From contig NC_014205.1 of assembly GCF_000092465.1 (NCBI RefSeq), forward strand, positions 930,001 through 962,000: 32,000 nucleotides of DNA. Direction: 5' to 3'. A program made the position numbers and the translations under genes. This document shows, piece by piece, positions 27,099 through 32,000 of the stretch (its first letter is position 1; every line of letters starts with the position of its first letter). Origin of the DNA: Staphylothermus hellenicus DSM 12710. Lineage in GTDB: Archaea > Thermoproteota > Thermoprotei_A > Sulfolobales > Desulfurococcaceae. The notes beneath the pieces were generated by a model. The model saw nothing but the letters and a program-made list of their open reading frames with translations, did not search any database and was not told where the DNA came from.

Positions 27099-27119
27099 CT
27101 ATATGTGGAGGTGATAAAT

Positions 27120-27509
27120 ATGCTTACAGAAAGAGAAGTATTAAGAGAGAACGATAAGAAGCTGGTCATAGGCAAACATGTATATGGAGAACTATATGGT
27201 TGTGACCCAGAAATTCTGAGTAATGCTGAGAAACTTGTAGAGATAGTGAGGAAAGCCGCTGAAATAGGAGGATTTACATTATTAGATGTTAAAGCATGGC
27301 ATATATATCCAGGCGTGAGTGTTGTAGGCATAGTTTTGGAAAGCCATATATCAATACATACATGGCCAGAATATGGTTTTGCCACCGTAGATGTATATAC
27401 TTGTGGAGAAACAGGTGATCCTGTGTCTGCTTATCTTTATATAGTGAAAAGCTTAAGAGCTAAGAAGTATACGCTTAAAACAAGTGATAGAAGCTATGAA
27501 TGGGTATAG
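27120..27509 (+). CDS. speH: S-adenosylmethionine decarboxylase proenzyme (pyruvoyl-dependent, SpeH type)
   Basis: GKHVYGELYGCD and self-cleavage/active region VLESHISIHTWPEYGFATVDVYTCG. The start was chosen at the SD-preceded ATG at 27120. Confidence 0.9.
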   Translation: MLTEREVLRENDKKLVIGKHVYGELYGCDPEILSNAEKLVEIVRKAAEIGGFTLLDVKAWHIYPGVSVVGIVLESHISIHTWPEYGFATVDVYTCGETGDPVSAYLYIVKSLRAKKYTLKTSDRSYEWV

Positions 27510-27512
27510 TAG

Positions 27513-28634
27513 ATGGTTCAATATGGCAGAATAGCAGTAATAGGTGCTGGACCAGCAGGGCTCTTAACAAGCTTATTTATCCGCAACCACGATGTATATG
27601 TTTTTGAAGAACATAAACGTGTAGGCATACCAGAGCATTGCACAGGATTAATTGGTGTTGAGACAGCGGATTTTTTCACAAAGATCCTTGGATGGAAAAT
27701 TATAGATAATGTTTTTCACAGCATATTTTTTCACACCCCAAAAAGCGTGTTCAGACTATATTTCAAGAAACCTATAGCTTACCATATCGTTCGCCCCCTT
27801 CTAGAAGAGGAGTTATTGGATAAAGTATATGGTTTGGGCCATGTTGTTTATTTTGGTGTCCGTGTAAAACCTGATGTGAAACCGGGGAGTTTTAGGGCTG
27901 GGGATAGATCATTTCATGTGGACAAAATAATAGCTAGTGATGGTGCGAGCAGTGTATTTAGATTGAAATATTTTGGAAAAATAAAGAGTTACATATATGG
28001 TGTGCAGAGACTTATTAGAACAAGTAATGTTGATCCATATGTTTTCCATGTATTATACAATAATTATACACCGAGATTTTTCCAATGGTTTGTTCCTCTA
28101 GACTATGATATAGCATTGATAGGTTATGGAACAACTAAACACATATTTGATCCTGAGAAGATATTCTATAAAATAATTAGTAAGATAGGGGTTAGTGCTG
28201 GATCAACTATTAAGACATTTGGTGGATTGATTCCATTCGATAAACCTCTTAGCAAGCCAGGATTCAGAAATAAGATATTCTTTGTCGGAGATTCTATACC
28301 ATTAACTAAAACATACACAGGCGGAGGATTATATGGTATATCCATTTATGCTCCCGTTCTTGGGAGATCAATTGATAAAGACAACATTAAAGAGCTCAAC
28401 AACTATTATAGCAGTATAAGAAGAGATTTCGTTCTAGAATACTACTTGTCTAAATTATCACGAACAATAGGGTATTGGATACCTTCCTTTATAGTTTCAA
28501 AAATTCATGAAGCAGGCTTACTCAGCGAGATCGATTATGATAAGCATATAAGACTATTATTTAAGACTTTAATTGTTGCTCCACTATTGTTTATAAATAT
28601 TATTGCTTTTCACAGGAAGCAATTACTTCACTAA
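27513..28634 (+). CDS. FAD-dependent oxidoreductase, geranylgeranyl reductase-like, with hydrophobic C-terminal tail
   Basis: RIAVIGAGPAGLLTSLFI dinucleotide fold, ASDGASS and FFVGDSIPLTKTYTGGGLY motifs. C-terminal LFKTLIVAPLLFINIIAF. Starts 3 nt after the speH stop. Confidence 0.7.
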   Translation: MVQYGRIAVIGAGPAGLLTSLFIRNHDVYVFEEHKRVGIPEHCTGLIGVETADFFTKILGWKIIDNVFHSIFFHTPKSVFRLYFKKPIAYHIVRPLLEEELLDKVYGLGHVVYFGVRVKPDVKPGSFRAGDRSFHVDKIIASDGASSVFRLKYFGKIKSYIYGVQRLIRTSNVDPYVFHVLYNNYTPRFFQWFVPLDYDIALIGYGTTKHIFDPEKIFYKIISKIGVSAGSTIKTFGGLIPFDKPLSKPGFRNKIFFVGDSIPLTKTYTGGGLYGISIYAPVLGRSIDKDNIKELNNYYSSIRRDFVLEYYLSKLSRTIGYWIPSFIVSKIHEAGLLSEIDYDKHIRLLFKTLIVAPLLFINIIAFHRKQLLH

Positions 28635-29057
28635 GTATTTTAACTAGATCCTCAGCCAATTTTTTAATTTCTGGAGAAACCTCCACACCAATATCAAGGT
28701 TTTTAGCTCTTATACCTAGTAAGTATTCTTTATATTGGTTCTCCTCATGATTAGTTCTGATTCTAATATTAATTTAAATGGTATTGTGTGTGGTTGCTAA
28801 AGATATTTTCTCTCATATATTCTCTACACTTGTCAAGATTAATGTTCTAGGATTTAATTATTCATTATAGACAACATCTACATCTTTTATTTTCTCATAG
28901 ATCAATGAACTAGGCGTTCATCTAATCTCAACGGGCTACCAATACATGCAATAACAGTTTTATCCCTACGTAGGGTTTTTTCGAGGAAAACTCTTATTTG
29001 ATCAGGAGTTTATATGATCATTTTTGGAACCATAAAATAAAAATTTGGATAGAGAGA

Positions 29058-29381
29058 CTAGTCTGTTGGATTATTTATTGGAACAGGTATTTCTACTTGG
29101 ACGGGTCCTCTCCTTTTTATAAATGATTCGCCTACTGGTAGAAAAACTATATCAGTGATCCCTTCTATACCGTGTAGCTTCTCCGATATTATTCTGTGTG
29201 CTTTAATAATCGTTGCTTGTGGAAGTAAATCTTCCTCAATATCTATCTTGAAATGTGCTATAATATCGTATTCTCCGAAAACTATACATGCTTCTTTTAC
29301 CTCGTTAAGACTTGATAGTTTTTCTAATATTTCATTTTCTTTGCCGGCTTCTACCCGTAGAAATGCTATTATTTCTTTCAT
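29058..29381 (-). CDS. stand-alone Lrp/AsnC-type ligand-binding (RAM) domain protein
   Basis: 107 aa. MKEIIAFLRVEAGKENEILEKLSSLNEVKEACIVFGEYDIIAHFKI fits the beta-alpha-beta-beta-alpha-beta RAM pattern. No HTH. Confidence 0.55.
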   Translation of the reverse strand: MKEIIAFLRVEAGKENEILEKLSSLNEVKEACIVFGEYDIIAHFKIDIEEDLLPQATIIKAHRIISEKLHGIEGITDIVFLPVGESFIKRRGPVQVEIPVPINNPTD

Positions 29382-29517
29382 ATTCCTTACACCAGAATTT
29401 CTTCTAGCTCCTAGCTTGTCTCCTATAATTATACTTTTTATAATATCTATTGTCTCATTATAAATGTTGATTTTCCAGAGAAAAGAGTGTTTATAAATTA
29501 TTGATTAAAAAATATTT

Positions 29518-30585
29518 TTAGCGTGGAGCATTTGCTGCACGGTTTAATAGGTCTTCCCATACACTGTCCACGTATTCTTGGAGTTCTCTGAGCAGGTGTC
29601 TGTTCTCTGGTTTTAACAAGTGTCTGAATCTACCTTGTATTTCTAGGAATTTCTCTATTGGTTGTTTGAGCTTGGGGTTTCTAGCTATGGCTAAGCTGCG
29701 GTCTGTTAATAGGTATCCTGTTTTAGGTGTCCATTCCCAGAGTGGGAAGTAGCATGTGTCTACTGCTCTACGTGATACTTCTATTGTTAATGATGTATCG
29801 TGTCTCCATCCACGATCACAGCTGCTTAATGAATGTATGAAGGCTGGACCATTTACTTCTATGCCTTTCCTTACTTTTTTGATTAAGTCTAGCCAGTGTG
29901 CTGGAGTAGCTGTTGCTACATATGGTATTCTATGAGCTACCATTATGTCTGCTATTGGCTTCTTATTCTGTGTCTTACCTGGTAAGACTGTTCCTACAGG
30001 ACTTGTAGTTGTCCATGCATATTTTGGTGTTCCACTACTTCTCTGTATACCGGTGTTCATGTATGCTTCATTATCGTATAGGATGTATAGGAAGTCATGT
30101 CCACGTTCAGCTGCACCGCTTAGACTCTGTAATCCTATATCAAATGTTCCTCCATCACCGGCGAATACTACTACGTCAACGTGATCCCATGGTAGTCTAC
30201 CTGTTTTCTTTAATGCTTTAATAGCTGATTCAACACCGCTAGCTGTAGCCGCTGCGTTTTCGAAAGCGTTATGTATCCATGGAACAGCCCAGCTTGTATA
30301 TGGGAATATTGTTGTTGCTACTTCTAAGCATCCAGTAGCGTTTACAACTATTGTTGGTCCGCGGAACGCGAAGCTTGCTAGTTTAACTATTATTGGGGCG
30401 GCGCATCCAGCACATAATCTATGTCCCGGTAATAATGCTGATCTTTTTTGCTCAGCCAATTGTCTAGGATTTAGTATTAATGGTAATTCACCTTTCCATC
30501 CAGGCTCAAATATCCATAGCTTATATGCTGGTTCACCTTTCTTTATGGGGATTTGGGGTAGGGTTTGTGCAGGCATATGATCCAC
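29518..30585 (-). CDS. 2-oxoacid:ferredoxin oxidoreductase, beta (TPP-binding) subunit (POR/VOR type)
   Basis: GHRLCAGCAAPI and TPP motif FAGDGGTFDIGLQSLSGAAERGHDFLYILYDNEAYMNTG. Confidence 0.9.
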   Translation of the reverse strand: MDHMPAQTLPQIPIKKGEPAYKLWIFEPGWKGELPLILNPRQLAEQKRSALLPGHRLCAGCAAPIIVKLASFAFRGPTIVVNATGCLEVATTIFPYTSWAVPWIHNAFENAAATASGVESAIKALKKTGRLPWDHVDVVVFAGDGGTFDIGLQSLSGAAERGHDFLYILYDNEAYMNTGIQRSSGTPKYAWTTTSPVGTVLPGKTQNKKPIADIMVAHRIPYVATATPAHWLDLIKKVRKGIEVNGPAFIHSLSSCDRGWRHDTSLTIEVSRRAVDTCYFPLWEWTPKTGYLLTDRSLAIARNPKLKQPIEKFLEIQGRFRHLLKPENRHLLRELQEYVDSVWEDLLNRAANAPR

Positions 30586-30592
30586 CTCCTAA

Positions 30593-31870
30593 TTACTCCC
30601 TTACACCTAGGAATCTAAGCTTGTTCTCAACAACTCCTTTCTCTGCATCTCTTAATAGTTCCTCAAACATTTTCTCGATGAGTTCTGGTGGTGCATCTCT
30701 TCCGCCAAGCCCGTATATGTAGTTTACTAGTAGTGGTTTCTTCCTGTAATCATATAGTGATGTGTTGATCTCGAGGAAGCTTTGACCATAGCTTCCAAAG
30801 CTTATGCCTCTATCCATTACTCCTACAACCTTAGCGTTTTTCAGCAGCTCAGCTATTTCTCTGTGTGGGAATGGCCTAAACATTTTTATCCTAATCATTC
30901 CCACCTTCTTTCCTTCCCTCCTCAACTTCTTAACTATATGCCTAACTGTTCCAGCAGTGCTTCCAAGCACAGTAACTATTACGTCTGCATCTTCCACCTC
31001 GTATGGAACAAGTATTCCATCACCATATTTTCTACCGGTTAGCTCATACCATTTCTCATTGACTTCTTGTACTACTTCTGGAACTCTCTTCATTGCTTCT
31101 ACTTGGTGCATTTTATGCTCAAAATAGTAATCGTATAGGTCTAGTGGTCCGAATGTTAATGGCCTTGCAGGATTAAGCATTAACGGCACTTCTTCATCGA
31201 AGTAATCAACTTTCACCTTTGGAACTTTACGGTATCCTCCTAGGAATTCATGTACTTTCTCATCAGGCAATATCCTGATGTTTTCTAGTGTGTGGCTTAG
31301 GAAGAATCCATCCAGGTTTACCGCTACAGGTAATAATACTCTTTCATCCTCAGCGATCTTGAATGCCTGAATAACTGTATCATATGCTTCCTGAACATTT
31401 TCAACGAATAACTGGATCCATCCAGAATCCCTCATTCCATAAGCATCGCTGTGATCACAGTGGATATTGATTGGAGCTGATAATGCACGGTTAGCAACAG
31501 CTAATACTATAGGTAATCTAAGACTTGCAGCAATATATAGGATCTCCCACATCAAAGCCAAACCATTAGCTGCAGTCGCTGTAAAAGCCCTAGCACCTGC
31601 AGCTGCGGCTCCAACAACTGCACTCATAGCTGAATGCTCTGATTCTACCGGTACAAACTCTGTGTGTACCTCGCCATTTGCTACAAACTCCGAGAACTTC
31701 TCAACAATAATTGTTTGCGGCGTAATCGGGTAGGCTGCGACAACATCTACTAAGCTCTGCTTAGCAGCATATGCTACTGCTTCATCTCCATTAACAGTTA
31801 ATAGTTCTTGTTCTTCAAGGGGTATTATAGGGGTTTTAACTGCTTCAGTCATGTGATCCCACCTCTTCAC
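30593..31870 (-). CDS. 2-oxoacid:ferredoxin oxidoreductase, alpha subunit
   Basis: [55 protein letters not shown] is typical of PorA/VorA. The GTG start overlaps the delta stop (GTGA); alternative ATG at 31852. Confidence 0.9.
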   Translation of the reverse strand: MKRWDHMTEAVKTPIIPLEEQELLTVNGDEAVAYAAKQSLVDVVAAYPITPQTIIVEKFSEFVANGEVHTEFVPVESEHSAMSAVVGAAAAGARAFTATAANGLALMWEILYIAASLRLPIVLAVANRALSAPINIHCDHSDAYGMRDSGWIQLFVENVQEAYDTVIQAFKIAEDERVLLPVAVNLDGFFLSHTLENIRILPDEKVHEFLGGYRKVPKVKVDYFDEEVPLMLNPARPLTFGPLDLYDYYFEHKMHQVEAMKRVPEVVQEVNEKWYELTGRKYGDGILVPYEVEDADVIVTVLGSTAGTVRHIVKKLRREGKKVGMIRIKMFRPFPHREIAELLKNAKVVGVMDRGISFGSYGQSFLEINTSLYDYRKKPLLVNYIYGLGGRDAPPELIEKMFEELLRDAEKGVVENKLRFLGVRE

Positions 31871-32000
31871 TCAGTCGGTTCAGGGACCATGGTGATCGCG
31901 TTAACTGGGCATTCATGTGCACATATACCGCATCCTTTACAGTAATCATAGTTGATCACGATTTTTTCTCCATCCCATACAATCGCCATGTCGGGGCAGA
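31867..32000 (-). CDS. 2-oxoacid:ferredoxin oxidoreductase, delta (2x[4Fe-4S] ferredoxin-like) subunit; N-terminus outside window
   Basis: My translation of the minus strand gives [43 protein letters not shown], with a CxxCxxCxxxCP cluster motif. The ORF track does not list it because it is truncated. Confidence 0.85.
   Translation of the reverse strand, partial: CPDMAIVWDGEKIVINYDYCKGCGICAHECPVNAITMVPEPTE

Noticed and set aside
26813-27119. N-terminal extensions of two track ORFs (phosphohexomutase to 26881; SAM decarboxylase from 27003)
   Set aside because: The extensions add non-conserved residues before the family-typical N-termini (MKLFGTAGIR..; MLTEREVL..GKHVYGELYGC). The speH extension would also translate through the promoter and palindrome region, so internal ATGs (26812, 27120) are preferred.
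1327-31733. About 35 short ORFs (60-134 aa) antisense to long genes, e.g. 1327..1623, 6291..6620, 7620..7931, 12298..12999, 20976..21764, 25788..26638, 26993..27385, 29155..29463, 29945..30221 and 30480..31733
   Set aside because: Each lies entirely inside, and opposite to, a longer ORF that has clear family motifs. Their Ser/Leu/Ile/Phe-rich composition is what antisense reading of AT-rich coding DNA produces. None has independent support.

Overview
AT-rich (about one-third G+C) archaeal chromosomal segment. The gene content points to a thermophilic crenarchaeon (Desulfurococcales/Sulfolobales-like); I cannot name the species by eye. Supporting signals are class III signal-peptide pilins, a FlaI/TadC-type pilus motor, a four-subunit 2-oxoacid:ferredoxin oxidoreductase, AMP phosphorylase, geranylgeranyl reductases, a pyruvoyl SAM decarboxylase and a CRISPR repeat ending ATTGAAGG. 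Nt 1-11158 hold a type IV pilus-like locus. Its ATPase (+) diverges from a tightly coupled minus-strand operon of platform protein, five pilin-like proteins (128-621 aa), a canonical 152-aa pilin and a PMT/GT39-like glycosyltransferase. An inverted pilin paralogue sits at the window edge. Nt 11186-16121 hold regulatory-looking genes: an ACT+V4R protein, an unknown 257-aa protein, a KaiC-like ATPase abutting a polytopic membrane protein with a degenerate DUF835-like domain, and a stand-alone DUF835-like protein. A ~270-nt G+C-rich island interrupts them; it looks like a structured RNA, but I could not resolve its identity. At nt 16367-18357 a DHH/DHHA1 phosphoesterase and an RNase H-fold-like protein flank an orphan 3-repeat mini-CRISPR, which is bracketed by a 19-bp inverted copy of its own terminal repeat. 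Nt 18351-32000 are mostly housekeeping metabolism. All family assignments come from motifs read by eye; no database search or folding program was available.
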